DNA of 58,514 nt from Bacilli bacterium. GTDB lineage: Bacteria; Bacillota_I; Bacilli_A; JBKEDG01. The number at the start of each line of letters is the position of its first letter. Position 1 is the first letter of the stretch. The notes under the pieces are model-generated. The model saw only the letters and a list, made by a program, of their open reading frames with translations. It made no database searches and was not told the DNA's origin. Made by a program: the position numbers and the translations under genes. This document shows, one piece after another, positions 28,452 to 39,453 of this stretch. The stretch covers positions 1-58,514 of the forward strand of contig JBKEBI010000047.1 of assembly GCA_047973085.1 (NCBI GenBank). The letters run 5' to 3'.

Positions 28452-28917
28452 CAAAAAGCCCTTCAATCACATTAATATAAATCTTATTTTGAGAATCATC
28501 AATCTCATTAATAAACTCATCAACATATGGAATCATAACATTATTATCAATAACTAAAATATCATGAGCATTATTATTAATAATTTTTACTACCTTTCCA
28601 TAATAGTTATTTTCTTTATCATAAACATCATATTCAATTAAGTCACTATAATATACTACATCTTCATCACGCTCAGCATAAAGATCACATGCTTTGTATT
28701 TTTCTACTTCATTAATATTGTTAAAGTTGCCAATTTTGATTAATAAATGATTTTTATGAATTCTAAAGTCAGTTAAAATAAACTCTAATACATCAGTTTT
28801 AGTTTCAATGTATACTGTCATATTTTTTTTAAATAAATCTATATCATCAAAAGCAACCTTAAGCTCTCCTTTAATTCCATGAGTATTAATAATTTTCCCA
28901 ATTTTAATTTTATTCAT
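28441..28917 (-). CDS. rimM: 16S rRNA processing protein RimM
   Basis: IGKIINTHGIKGELKV, MIPYV; adjacent to trmD. Confidence 0.93.
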   Translation of the reverse strand: MNKIKIGKIINTHGIKGELKVAFDDIDLFKKNMTVYIETKTDVLEFILTDFRIHKNHLLIKIGNFNNINEVEKYKACDLYAERDEDVVYYSDLIEYDVYDKENNYYGKVVKIINNNAHDILVIDNNVMIPYVDEFINEIDDSQNKIYINVIEGLFDEV

Positions 28918-29326
28918 AAACAAGTTCCTCACTATATTTTTTATATAATTCTGGATATCTTTTCTCTAAATTAACAGGTTTAAAAGAGTCTGAATCCACA
29001 CATGCAATAACAACTTCTCCAACAACACTCAAAATACCTGAAGCATATATTTCATGAATATAGGTTGTAGATACTTTAGAGATTTTTTTCACCTTTGTGT
29101 GTACTTCAACGTCATCAGAATATCTTGTAGGAGCTTTATATTTCACATTTACCGAAATGATTGGAAAAACAACTTTTCTATCGATGCACTCTTGAATTGA
29201 AAATCCTGCATCTTTTAAAAACTTACTTCTACCTAACTCAAACCATACGATATAATTGGCATGATAGACAATTCCCATCATATCAGTATCAGCATATGTA
29301 ACTTCAATTTTGCGTTTAGAAATCAT
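28910..29326 (-). CDS. Acyl-CoA thioesterase (YbgC/4HBT hot-dog fold)
   Basis: YADTDMMGIVYHANYIVWFE. Confidence 0.9.
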   Translation of the reverse strand: MISKRKIEVTYADTDMMGIVYHANYIVWFELGRSKFLKDAGFSIQECIDRKVVFPIISVNVKYKAPTRYSDDVEVHTKVKKISKVSTTYIHEIYASGILSVVGEVVIACVDSDSFKPVNLEKRYPELYKKYSEELVYE

Positions 29327-30018
29327 TTTTTCCCTCCTAACTGATGCATTACAATACTTCCAGCTATAGCTGCATTCAAACTTTCTAGTTTTTCATTTAT
29401 TTCAATTCGATACTTAATATCACATAAACTTCTAATTTCATCACTTATTCCATTTCCTTCATTACCTATAACAAGATTAAATTTATCTAGCTTTTCTAAT
29501 TTATTTTTACCGTCAACAAATGTCCCGATTGTTTTATTAGAACTGATTTTTATAGCATTTATCAAATCGTCATAAATAATTTTAATTAGAAAAATACTAC
29601 CACTACTTGCTCTTACAACCTTTGGATTAGTATAGTCAACCGTATTTTTTGAACAAATAATTGTATCAAAATTAAAAGCAACCGCACTTCTAATAAGAGT
29701 TCCTAAATTCCCTGGATCTTGAATATCATCAAGCATCAAAACCCTTTCGCATTTACTTTTAATACTTGGAATATTGCAAACAGCAACCGAATCAATATTA
29801 CTAACTGTTGAAGTAATACTTTTCATTATATTTTCACTAATTAGAATTCCATCTAATTTAGGATTAGTAGTAAGTATATAATCAATAGAATTTGTGGCTT
29901 TAGCAATTTCTATATTTTTCTTTCCTTCTACTATAAACTGATTAAATTTCTTCCTATTTTTATACATATACAAACTTCGTGCATATTTAACTTTTTTATT
30001 ATCTTTACTTTCAATCAC
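29323..30018 (-). CDS. TrmH/SpoU family RNA methyltransferase
   Basis: QDPGNLGTLIRSA, IGNEGNG, ESLNAA. Confidence 0.92.
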   Translation of the reverse strand: MIESKDNKKVKYARSLYMYKNRKKFNQFIVEGKKNIEIAKATNSIDYILTTNPKLDGILISENIMKSITSTVSNIDSVAVCNIPSIKSKCERVLMLDDIQDPGNLGTLIRSAVAFNFDTIICSKNTVDYTNPKVVRASSGSIFLIKIIYDDLINAIKISSNKTIGTFVDGKNKLEKLDKFNLVIGNEGNGISDEIRSLCDIKYRIEINEKLESLNAAIAGSIVMHQLGGKK

Positions 30019-30139
30019 ATCATCACCTATATTTCATTATATGAAAACTGTATCATCTTCTATTATATCAATTTTTCATGTTTTTTTAAAGTAAAAAAAG
30101 ATATAAAACAAAACATATTTCATATCTTTTTATTTATAT

Positions 30140-30886
30140 TTATGAAGCTGCTATTCCGATAGTAGCAAAAATATTTATTATCATATGTAGAATAATCATT
30201 GACACTATATTTCTTTTGGTAAACATATAACCAAATGCTAAAACAAGAGCAGGTGCTAAGTATGTTAAATATAATAAAATATTATCAACAGTAAAATCAG
30301 TTATAAATCCAACTTCATGAATTGCAGCAAAAACAACTGCACTTATAAAATATGGTAGCCATTTTAATTTTGTTTTTTCAATATCAAGTAAATTTACAAG
30401 TGAATATCTAAATATCAATTCTTCAACTAATGGTGCCAATATAACAACATTTAAAATAAAAATAAGCTTATTTCCATCATTAAACATATCAATTAAAGCT
30501 TGGTTATTTTCTGGTTCGGCCAAATCAGGATTAATTGCATTTACAATAAATGATAAAGCATATATGACTACAAAATATGCAACAAATAATATAAGTGGAT
30601 ATATATATGTAAGATAGTTTTTTAAATTTAAAACAAACTGTTTTTTTAAATCCTTAAAATTTAATATTAAAATTATTAAAAATGTAGTAAGAGAACTTAC
30701 TGCCATAATATATAAAATATTACTATTAACTAACTCATTAAATTCTTCGCTTGACAATGTTCCTCTTGTTATTGAAAGGCCAATCATATAAATTACTGCT
30801 ATAATTGAAGGAAATATGAAAATACTAGCAAAGTATATTCCTACATTTATTCCACTTTTAATTCTTGATCCTTTTACATAGTTCAT
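30140..30886 (-). CDS. CPBP (CAAX/Abi) intramembrane metalloprotease (likely start 30886)
   Basis: APLVEELIFR, FAAIH, LHMIIN. Confidence 0.88.
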   Translation of the reverse strand: MNYVKGSRIKSGINVGIYFASIFIFPSIIAVIYMIGLSITRGTLSSEEFNELVNSNILYIMAVSSLTTFLIILILNFKDLKKQFVLNLKNYLTYIYPLILFVAYFVVIYALSFIVNAINPDLAEPENNQALIDMFNDGNKLIFILNVVILAPLVEELIFRYSLVNLLDIEKTKLKWLPYFISAVVFAAIHEVGFITDFTVDNILLYLTYLAPALVLAFGYMFTKRNIVSMIILHMIINIFATIGIAAS

Positions 30887-31021
30887 TTTTTTCTCTCCTT
30901 CCAATTTTATATAAAATAAAATGTGAGTAAACTTACTTTCTTCCCTACAAATTCTAACATATTTATAACAATTTTTCAATATAATGCATAAAAAAACGAT
31001 GATAAACATCGTTTTAAAAAA

Positions 31022-32209
31022 TTATTTCATTAAAGAATATACATCTCTTGCAATAACAATTTCCTCATTTGTAGGAACTACAAATACTTTTACAGTAGAA
31101 TCTTCAGAAGAAATACATACTTCACTACCACGTGAATTATTAGTTTCAGGATTAATCTTAGCTCCTGTACTTCTTCCAATTTCTTTAACAATATCAGCTC
31201 TTAAACTAATAGCATTTTCCCCTACTCCAGCAGTGAATACTAAAGCATCTAAACCACCTAATTGAATAATATATTGTCCTATATAATCTGCAATTCTTCT
31301 TACATATAGTCTTAAACTAAACTCCGCGTCTTCATTCCCTGCAGCAGCGCCATCTTCAATATCTCTACAATCAGACGAAATACCACTTACTCCTAAAAAC
31401 CCTGACTTTTTATTTAAAACATTTGTCATTTCATTAATATCCATACCATCTTTTTCCATTAAAAATTGTAAAATAGCTGGGTCAATATCACCACTTCTAG
31501 TTCCCATCATAATACCTGCAAGTGGTGTCATTCCCATTGAAGTATTAATTGATTTACCATTCTTTACAGCACTAATTGAAGCACCGTTACCTAAATGACA
31601 TACAATAATTCTAGAATATTCAAGATTTCCTAATAAATCTATTGTTCTTTCACTAACAAACTTATGGCTTGTTCCATGGAATCCATAACGTCTTACACCA
31701 TATTTTTCATAGTATTTTGTTGGAATTGGATACATATATGATTCTTTTGGCATCGTTTGATGAAATGCTGTATCAAATACTGCAACATGAATAACATTTG
31801 GTAAAGCTTCTTTAAAAGCTTTATACCCTGTTAGATTAGCTGGATTATGAAGCGGAGCTAAATCGCTCACACCTTCAATAGCAGTAACAACTTCTTCAGT
31901 CATAATGGCAGAATCTGAAAACTTCTCTCCACCATGAACAACACGATGTCCAACACCCTCTATTTCATCTAAACTTTTAACAATTCCAAGTTTTACAACT
32001 TTATCAAGTACTAATGAAACTGCAATAGAATGATCTTTAATATCAAGAACTTCTTTATCTTTCTCACCATTGTATTTGATTGTAATGATTCCCTCATCTA
32101 AACCGATTCTTTCTACTAACCCTTCTGCTATTGTAGTTTCTTCTGGCATTTCATTAATTTGAAATTTTAATGATGAACTCCCTGCATTTACTGAAAATAT
32201 TTTTGACAT
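31022..32209 (-). CDS. ackA: Acetate kinase
   Basis: [38 protein letters not shown]. Confidence 0.98.
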   Translation of the reverse strand: MSKIFSVNAGSSSLKFQINEMPEETTIAEGLVERIGLDEGIITIKYNGEKDKEVLDIKDHSIAVSLVLDKVVKLGIVKSLDEIEGVGHRVVHGGEKFSDSAIMTEEVVTAIEGVSDLAPLHNPANLTGYKAFKEALPNVIHVAVFDTAFHQTMPKESYMYPIPTKYYEKYGVRRYGFHGTSHKFVSERTIDLLGNLEYSRIIVCHLGNGASISAVKNGKSINTSMGMTPLAGIMMGTRSGDIDPAILQFLMEKDGMDINEMTNVLNKKSGFLGVSGISSDCRDIEDGAAAGNEDAEFSLRLYVRRIADYIGQYIIQLGGLDALVFTAGVGENAISLRADIVKEIGRSTGAKINPETNNSRGSEVCISSEDSTVKVFVVPTNEEIVIARDVYSLMK

Positions 32210-32218
32210 TTTTTCCTC

Positions 32219-33295
32219 CTACTTGTAAGTGATTTCACTTACACTTTCTTCATTTAATTTTAAAATTAATTGTACAAGTAACTCTATTGTACTTTCTATA
32301 TCATCATAATGTATAACACTTACATTAGAATGAATATAACGTGTAGCAAGTCCAACATATAATGTTGGGGCTCCATCATGCGCAACGTGAATTGCAGAGC
32401 CATCAGTAGATCCTCCATTTAAACCTGCATATTGAAAATTAATGCTATTTTCTTTAGCAGTATTAATTACATAATCTCTTAAACCTCTATGAGCAATCAT
32501 TCCTCTATCGTATAATGTAATTAATGGTCCCATACCCAGCTTTGATTGGAATGTTTCATTTTCATAACCTGGTATATCTCCTGCAAGTCCAACATCTATC
32601 GCGATTCCTAAATCAGGATTAATTTTGTTTGCTGTAGTTTTTGCTCCTCTACATCCAACTTCTTCTTGAACTGTCCCAACACCATACAAATCCACATTTA
32701 AATCTTCTTTTTTTGTACGCTTAAAAACTTCTCCAACAAAATAACAACCAATTCTATTATCCCATGCTTTAGCAAGTAAATATTTCTTATTTGCCATTTG
32801 TGAAAATTCACAGTATGGAACAACAAAATCACCAATAACAATACCTAATTCTTCTACCTCTTTTTTAGATCCAACACCCATATCTAAGTACATGTTGTCA
32901 ATGCTCATAGGTTTAGTTTTATCAGTTTCTGATAAAGTGTGTGGCGGTTTAGAACCTATAACTGCAATAAATCTTTTCCCTTCGGAATTAACAATTTCCA
33001 TTTTTTGTGAAAGCATTACTTGCCCCCACCATCCACCAAGTGGTTGAAATTTAAGAAAACCATTATCGTCAATTTTAGTGATCATAAAACCAATTTCATC
33101 CAAATGACCAGCAAGCATTACTTTTGGAAGATTTTCTCCATTCCCCTTTTTTAGAGCAATTAAGCTCCCTAAGTTATCCTTTGTTATATCATCACTATGT
33201 GGAGATATATGATTTTTCATAACTTCAAATGCTTCTTTTTCAAATCCTGCAGGCGCTGCTGCATCTGTATATTCCTTTAATAATTTTAAATTCAT
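32219..33295 (-). CDS. M42 family aminopeptidase
   Basis: AGHLDEIG, KAWDNR, QEEVG, YIHS. Confidence 0.93.
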   Translation of the reverse strand: MNLKLLKEYTDAAAPAGFEKEAFEVMKNHISPHSDDITKDNLGSLIALKKGNGENLPKVMLAGHLDEIGFMITKIDDNGFLKFQPLGGWWGQVMLSQKMEIVNSEGKRFIAVIGSKPPHTLSETDKTKPMSIDNMYLDMGVGSKKEVEELGIVIGDFVVPYCEFSQMANKKYLLAKAWDNRIGCYFVGEVFKRTKKEDLNVDLYGVGTVQEEVGCRGAKTTANKINPDLGIAIDVGLAGDIPGYENETFQSKLGMGPLITLYDRGMIAHRGLRDYVINTAKENSINFQYAGLNGGSTDGSAIHVAHDGAPTLYVGLATRYIHSNVSVIHYDDIESTIELLVQLILKLNEESVSEITYK

Positions 33296-33305
33296 AAATA
33301 ACCTC

Positions 33306-33794
33306 CTAATAACTATTTTCTTGTCTTTTATGATTAATTTTATTTTTATTTATATATGAGTCAAATATTTCATTTGAATTAAAACCTAATTCTTTTGCTA
33401 AACTAAATATATAGTCAAACATTGTATAATAAGTTTTATTATTTATACTATCTAATTTCACAACAGAGTCAATTGTCTCAATAAATAACAAATTAATATC
33501 ATCAGTTTGTCTTTCACTAATTTGTAGTTCATTGAATTTTATATCCATTCCAATTCCAAGTGAAACAGTAAAATGTAGACAATCAACAAATTCTTCGAGA
33601 ATTACTTCATTTGGACTTGCAGGTTTTATACTCCAATATTTAAAACTTCTAACTTCATTAGCAAGCTCTCCAAGTTCAACAAGCAACGCAAGTTTACGAT
33701 GCCTAAATGTTTCTTCGTATGTTTTTTGATGCTTATTATGAATTGAATCATCAAGCTTCTTTTGCAAATCTACAATTTCTAATAAATTTAACAT
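33306..33794 (-). CDS. Dimeric all-alpha dUTPase (likely start 33794)
   Basis: LALLVELGELANE..SFKYWS, EEFVDCLHF, KNKINHKRQ. Confidence 0.9.
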   Translation of the reverse strand: MLNLLEIVDLQKKLDDSIHNKHQKTYEETFRHRKLALLVELGELANEVRSFKYWSIKPASPNEVILEEFVDCLHFTVSLGIGMDIKFNELQISERQTDDINLLFIETIDSVVKLDSINNKTYYTMFDYIFSLAKELGFNSNEIFDSYINKNKINHKRQENSY

Positions 33795-33891
33795 TGCCAC
33801 CCTCTTTTCTGTATGATAATAAAATGTGAGCAAATACACCTACTTCATTATATCAAATTTTATTTAGCTTTTCAATTCAACATTAAATTTT

Positions 33892-34500
33892 TTAGTCTTT
33901 TGATTGTATTAAAAATACTTCTCCAGACTCAAAAGTGATAGTTCCAGAATTGTTTTTTAATTCATTTGAAATAAAACTAGTATTAAATTTCTCTACATTC
34001 CCATTAAAAGAGTACTTGAAATCAGTTGTTATATTTAACCCGATTGTATTTTCGAAAAACATTAGAGATATGTATGAAAATTTATTTTTTTCTATAGTTG
34101 TTCTAGAACTTAAAAAATACATTATATTATTCTGATCTTTAATAATCAAATTAAAATAGTTTTTGTACTTTTTTAAAATAAATATATTATTTAAAAGATG
34201 ATCTAATCTTTTTCCACAATTTATATTATATACAACAACATCTGTATATTTATGTTCCATTGCATAAATAAAAGCAAGTTCTAAATCTCCCTCATCTTTC
34301 TCGACAGGAAATTTTATTAATTTAGAATAATTTTTAAGTAACTCAAAATCTTTATCACTACAACTATCAAAATCTCCAATAGAAACAAAATTTCTATATC
34401 CAGCATTAATAAGATTAATTCCAAAAACATCAACAGCAAGAATATCACCATCTAGTGGTTCAAATATTTGATTTCCTAAAAATATATTTAACTTTTTCAT
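33892..34500 (-). CDS. thiN: Thiamine pyrophosphokinase
   Basis: GDFDS, EKDEGD, RLDH, ISNE; conserved position after rpe. Confidence 0.85.
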   Translation of the reverse strand: MKKLNIFLGNQIFEPLDGDILAVDVFGINLINAGYRNFVSIGDFDSCSDKDFELLKNYSKLIKFPVEKDEGDLELAFIYAMEHKYTDVVVYNINCGKRLDHLLNNIFILKKYKNYFNLIIKDQNNIMYFLSSRTTIEKNKFSYISLMFFENTIGLNITTDFKYSFNGNVEKFNTSFISNELKNNSGTITFESGEVFLIQSKD

Positions 34501-35153
34501 TTTAAGCTATTAACTCTTTCACTATAACTCCCATTAAAAATATAACTTCCACTAATAACAACATCAACTCCAACTTCTTTTACTAAGTTAATAGTTTCAC
34601 TATTTATACCACCATCAACAGAAATTAGCACATCATTTACTAGTGTTGAAGTTAATTCTTTTAGTAAACTTATTTTACTTAGTGCAGCTGGCATAAAGGA
34701 TTGTCCCCCAAAACCAGCATATACACTCATAACAAGAACTAAATCACAATATGGTAAATATGATATTATTTCTGCTATGTTTGTGTCAGGTTGTACAACA
34801 AGCCCTGCCTTAATTCCTTTAGACTTAATCATTTGTAAGCAGTGCACAACTCCTAGTTGCTTTGCATCTTCACATTCGACATGAATTGAAATATAGTCAC
34901 TTCCACAATTAACGAAGTCATCTAAGTATTTCATCGGGTTTTCCATCATTAAGTGCACATCAAAAATCTTATCACTTAAACCTCTAAGAGTTTTTATTAT
35001 TGGAGCTCCAAAAGTTAAATTATTTACAAAATGTCCATCCATAACATCAAAGTGAATCCATTCACATCTAGTATTATTTAAAGCAATAATTTCATCAGCT
35101 AATTTTGAAAAATCTGCTGAAAGAATACTTGGAGATACTATAACATTTTTCAT
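34497..35153 (-). CDS. rpe: Ribulose-phosphate 3-epimerase
   Basis: SPSILSADF, HFDVMDGHFV, DVHLM, GFGGQ, VDGGIN. Confidence 0.97.
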   Translation of the reverse strand: MKNVIVSPSILSADFSKLADEIIALNNTRCEWIHFDVMDGHFVNNLTFGAPIIKTLRGLSDKIFDVHLMMENPMKYLDDFVNCGSDYISIHVECEDAKQLGVVHCLQMIKSKGIKAGLVVQPDTNIAEIISYLPYCDLVLVMSVYAGFGGQSFMPAALSKISLLKELTSTLVNDVLISVDGGINSETINLVKEVGVDVVISGSYIFNGSYSERVNSLK

Positions 35154-35157
35154 TAAA

Positions 35158-36018
35158 TCACCTCTTAATTTCTTCAATCATTTTATTGTAATTATCATAG
35201 CGTTGCTTTATATATATATTCGATAAATTGTCTTTTACATTACATTTAGGCTCATTTATATGAATACATGTAGCAAATTTACAATTTGCACTAAGTTCAT
35301 AAAACTCTCTAAAACATCTTGCAATATCTAAAACAGTAATTGTATCTAAAAATTCCATTGAAGAAAAACCAGGAGAATCAATAATTCTAATATCCTCAAT
35401 ATAAAATATTTCTACATGACGTGTTGTATGGCGCCCCCTACCGAGTGCTTTGGAAATTTCTCCAGTTTTTAAATTTAAATTTTTATCTAAATTATTAATA
35501 AATGTACTTTTACCAACACCTGTTTGTCCTACAAGAATTGTAGTGTGGTTTTTCAACTTAAATTTAATATTTTCATCAAAACTTTCAATATTACTCGATA
35601 CATAAACATCATATCCAATATTTTGATAATATGATAAAAACTTCTCATCAAAACTTTCATTTTTACATTTATCTATTTTTGTAAATAGTAATATTGGCTC
35701 AATATTATTAAGCTCAAGCAATACAATTAATTTATCAAGTAAATAAGAACTAACTTTAGGTTCTGTTACAGAAGTTACAATTAATCCATAATCAACATTA
35801 GCTACTTTAGGTCGATATAGTTCATTTTTTCTTGGCAAAACATGCATGATGTATCCTTCTTCTTCCTCAGTAATTTCAAACTTTACTCTATCCCCGACAA
35901 GTGGAGAAATATCATTATTTCTAAATTTCCCTCGTGCCCTACATTTAAAAATTTTATCCTCTTCATCCTTAACATAATAATTTCCACCAGTAAGTTTAAA
36001 TATTATACCTTCTGACAT
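35158..36018 (-). CDS. rsgA: Ribosome small-subunit-dependent GTPase A
   Basis: TKID, GQTGVGKST, GRHTT, DSPG, CKF..C.H..EP.C. Confidence 0.96.
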   Translation of the reverse strand: MSEGIIFKLTGGNYYVKDEEDKIFKCRARGKFRNNDISPLVGDRVKFEITEEEEGYIMHVLPRKNELYRPKVANVDYGLIVTSVTEPKVSSYLLDKLIVLLELNNIEPILLFTKIDKCKNESFDEKFLSYYQNIGYDVYVSSNIESFDENIKFKLKNHTTILVGQTGVGKSTFINNLDKNLNLKTGEISKALGRGRHTTRHVEIFYIEDIRIIDSPGFSSMEFLDTITVLDIARCFREFYELSANCKFATCIHINEPKCNVKDNLSNIYIKQRYDNYNKMIEEIKR

Positions 36019-36034
36019 CAATTTCACCCTTTCT

Positions 36035-37687
36035 TTATTCTTCAACTGTCTCTTTACCACTTGAGATAACTATTATTAATGAATCAGAAGTATTTACAAT
36101 ATTTCCAGCTGAAATAGACTGAGAAATAATATTTCCTTCTGCTACAGTGTCACTATATGAATATTGAAAAGTACATGATATTGCATTATTAGTACAAAAT
36201 CCTTGAATTGAATCTTTGTTATATCCATCAGATACAAAGTTTGGATAATATGTTGAAACTTTTGAGACATATAATGTTATAATACTTCCAGCCTCAACCT
36301 CTGTCCCTGAAATAGGTGTCTGTTCTATGATTAGGTTTTCACTTTTACTATCTTGTACTTCCTTTTCTTGAACCGACACAACAAATCCCATTCCTTCTAA
36401 CTTACTTTTTACAGCATTTACATCTTGTCCAGTAAAGTTTTCCATAATATATTTACTCGGTCCAGTAGAAACAGTTAATACAATTGAAAATCCTAAGGGT
36501 TTTTCAGTTCCCTCTTTTACATTTAGAGAAATTACTGTATCTACAGGAAACTCACTACTTGACTCAAATTTAACTTCAGTAGAAATAGTAAATCCAGTGT
36601 CAACAAGCTCCTTAGTAGCCTCTTCTCTATTCATTCCAATAACATCTGGTACTATGATTGTTTCAGTTTCATTAGAGGTAGCAACTAAAATAAGTACTAG
36701 TGAAGTTACAACTACCAGCAAACTTATAATAACAACCAAAGTTTTAACTTTCTTTTTCTTAGGTTCTTGAGTGGAAATAATTTCTACATCATCAGATTTA
36801 TTTAAAAGTGTATTAACAACTTCTTCTTCCATTTTATCATCTAAAACAAGTTTTTCAACATTTTCATTTTTTCCTGCATTTTCCAACTCTTCAAACATTT
36901 CATCTGCAGATCCATAACGATTTTTTGGGTTTTTAGCAGTTGCACGAATTACAATATTTTCAATACTTTGAGAAATACTTGAATCTATACTCCGAGGTGA
37001 TGGAAATTTTTCTCTAACATGCATAAGTGCAATCGTTACAGCAGAATCTCCATTATATGGTAGTTCTCCTGTTAACAATTCATACATTAAAATACCAATT
37101 GAGTATATATCACTCCTAACGTTAGCAACATCACCACTAATTTGTTCTGGTGGTAGATAATGTACACTTCCTAAAATAGAATTTGTTTGTGTAAGTAATG
37201 TTGAATTTAGGGTTACTGCAATACCAAAATCAGTGATTTTTACAGTCCCATCTTTTTGAATTAGAATGTTATGCGGCTTTATGTCACGATGAATAATTTG
37301 CTTACTATGTGCATGTGCTATTCCTAAAGTAATTTGCTTAATAATATCTGTTACTTCTGAAATTGTCAAACGCTTTCTTTTTAATAACAACTGTTTTAGT
37401 GTTATTCCTTCCACATACTCCATAACTATGAAGTATTTTCCATTCTCTTCTCCAATATCAAAAATTTGCACAATATTAGGATGATTTAATGCAGTTGCAG
37501 CAAGTGCTTCTCTTCTAAATCGTTTAATAAACAGCTCATCATCACTCAAGTCACCACGCAATACTTTAATAGCAACATTTCTTTGTAATATTTTATCAAA
37601 AGCAAGGTAAACATTTGCCATGCCACCTTCTCCAATATTTCTTTTTATTATATATCTATCATCTAATAAATAATCTTTTTCCATCAT
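36035..37687 (-). CDS. pknB: PASTA-domain Ser/Thr kinase (PknB/PrkC/Stk1)
   Basis: GEGGMA, HRDIKPHN, DFGIA, a TM helix, about three PASTA-like repeats. Confidence 0.95.
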   Translation of the reverse strand: MMEKDYLLDDRYIIKRNIGEGGMANVYLAFDKILQRNVAIKVLRGDLSDDELFIKRFRREALAATALNHPNIVQIFDIGEENGKYFIVMEYVEGITLKQLLLKRKRLTISEVTDIIKQITLGIAHAHSKQIIHRDIKPHNILIQKDGTVKITDFGIAVTLNSTLLTQTNSILGSVHYLPPEQISGDVANVRSDIYSIGILMYELLTGELPYNGDSAVTIALMHVREKFPSPRSIDSSISQSIENIVIRATAKNPKNRYGSADEMFEELENAGKNENVEKLVLDDKMEEEVVNTLLNKSDDVEIISTQEPKKKKVKTLVVIISLLVVVTSLVLILVATSNETETIIVPDVIGMNREEATKELVDTGFTISTEVKFESSSEFPVDTVISLNVKEGTEKPLGFSIVLTVSTGPSKYIMENFTGQDVNAVKSKLEGMGFVVSVQEKEVQDSKSENLIIEQTPISGTEVEAGSIITLYVSKVSTYYPNFVSDGYNKDSIQGFCTNNAISCTFQYSYSDTVAEGNIISQSISAGNIVNTSDSLIIVISSGKETVEE

Positions 37688-37688
37688 A

Positions 37689-38420
37689 TTATTCACCATC
37701 TTTCAATAAAACTACAGTAACATTATCATGTCCCCCATTACTGTTAGCTAATTCTACTAACTTACTAACACTTGTTTCTAATTCATTATTTAAAATCACT
37801 TCTTCAATTACTTTATAATCAACCATATTAGTTAACCCATCGCTACATAATAATAAGTATTTATAGTCATTTTCTATCTCATAAAAATCAATTTTTAAAA
37901 CTTTGCTTGTACCAACAGCTTGCATTAAAATATTTTTTTGTGGATGAAATTTTGCCTCTAGCTCTGTGATTTCTCCTTGATCAAGTAATTCGTTTACTAA
38001 AGTTTGATCTTTTGTTATCTGTAATAATTTAGAATTGAAAACTGCATACGCTCTAGAATCACCTACATTAGCAATAATTGTTTTATCTTCTAAACAAACT
38101 GCAACTACAACTGTTGATCCCATACCGTTTAACTGCCCATTTGTTTGTGAATATTTTAAAATATGTGTATTAACTTCTTTTATCTGATTAGTAAGCCAAG
38201 TTTTCGCCTCTGAAACTGAAGATATTTTTGCTGTAGTTGCCCACATTTTGCTTATTTTATTTACAATAACCTTACTTGCAACATCACCTGCATTATGGCC
38301 TCCCATACCATCAGCCACAACAGCTAAAGTATGTCCATATCGGTTTGATGAAACAAATACACTATCTTCATTAGTACTTCTAATTTTTCCAACATCTGAT
38401 AAACTGTGATATGAATACAT
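37689..38420 (-). CDS. stp: PP2C-type Ser/Thr phosphatase (Stp1/PrpC)
   Basis: NED, ADGMGGH, GDSRAY, CSDGL, GGHDN. Confidence 0.95.
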   Translation of the reverse strand: MYSYHSLSDVGKIRSTNEDSVFVSSNRYGHTLAVVADGMGGHNAGDVASKVIVNKISKMWATTAKISSVSEAKTWLTNQIKEVNTHILKYSQTNGQLNGMGSTVVVAVCLEDKTIIANVGDSRAYAVFNSKLLQITKDQTLVNELLDQGEITELEAKFHPQKNILMQAVGTSKVLKIDFYEIENDYKYLLLCSDGLTNMVDYKVIEEVILNNELETSVSKLVELANSNGGHDNVTVVLLKDGE

Positions 38421-38421
38421 A

Positions 38422-39444
38422 CTAGTTGTTTCCTCCTCTAATACTTCTTAATTGTCCACATGCTGCATCAATATTTTCTCCAAACTCTTGACGTAGACGC
38501 ACATTTATACCACCTTTAGCAATATAATCATAAAAGTTTTTAATATTTTCATCAGTACTTCTTTTATATTTATCATTTACACTATTCAATGGAATTAAAT
38601 TTATATAGTAATGTAGTCCTCTTAAGTATTTTACAAGATTTCTTGCATCTTCAATACTATCATTAACTCCATCAATTAAAATATATTCAATCGTCAATCT
38701 CCTAGACGTATTATCACAATAATAAAACAGTGCTTTTTTTAAAGCTTCCAAGTTATATTTTTTATTAATTGGCATTAATTCATTTCTAACCTCATCATTT
38801 GTTGCATGAAGGCTAATTGCTAAATTAACCTGCTTATTAATATCAGCAAATTCTATGATTTTAGGAACTATTCCTGAAGTAGAAATTGTAATATGTCTTG
38901 ATCCAATTCCAAGACCTAAATCACTATTAATAATTTCAATAAATTTCATAACGTTAGTAAAGTTATCAAATGGTTCACCTATACCCATTATTACTACATG
39001 GCTAATTCTGTCATTTAACCACTTTTGAACTTCAATAACTTGTAGAACAATTTCATGAATATTTAAATCTCTTAATTTAGATAATTCTCCTGATGCACAA
39101 AAACTACACCCAATATTGCACCCAACCTGAGTAGTAACACAGATACTATTTCCATACACTTGCTTCATTAAAACAGTTTCAATTAAATTTCCATCATATA
39201 ATTTAAATAAAAACTTTACTGTCTCATTAGATTCAACTACTTCTACAAGTTCTAAACTATCAAAAATCAAGTTATTTTTCATTTTTTCTCTTAAATCTTT
39301 TTTTATTGTAGTTATTTCAGAAATTGTATGAATATTGTTTTTATATATTGCATTAAACATTTGTTTAGCTCGATATTTTGTTTCACCAATACCTAAAAAA
39401 TATTCCTCAAAATCACTGATTGTAAAATTATATACTGACTTCAT
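38422..39444 (-). CDS. rlmN: Dual-specificity RNA methyltransferase RlmN
   Basis: QVGCNIGCSFC, MGIGEP, ISLHA, AACGQL. Confidence 0.96.
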   Translation of the reverse strand: MKSVYNFTISDFEEYFLGIGETKYRAKQMFNAIYKNNIHTISEITTIKKDLREKMKNNLIFDSLELVEVVESNETVKFLFKLYDGNLIETVLMKQVYGNSICVTTQVGCNIGCSFCASGELSKLRDLNIHEIVLQVIEVQKWLNDRISHVVIMGIGEPFDNFTNVMKFIEIINSDLGLGIGSRHITISTSGIVPKIIEFADINKQVNLAISLHATNDEVRNELMPINKKYNLEALKKALFYYCDNTSRRLTIEYILIDGVNDSIEDARNLVKYLRGLHYYINLIPLNSVNDKYKRSTDENIKNFYDYIAKGGINVRLRQEFGENIDAACGQLRSIRGGNN

Positions 39445-39453
39445 TCTTCACCT

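Noticed and set aside
1345-35435. Genome-wide reassignment of ACA from Thr to Pro, suggested by the hybrid tRNA
   Set aside because: Conserved Thr residues use ACA (IspG GLTEAG, AckA FHGTSH, RsgA GRHTT), and conserved Pro still uses CCA (IspG LNPGN, Lon GPPG).
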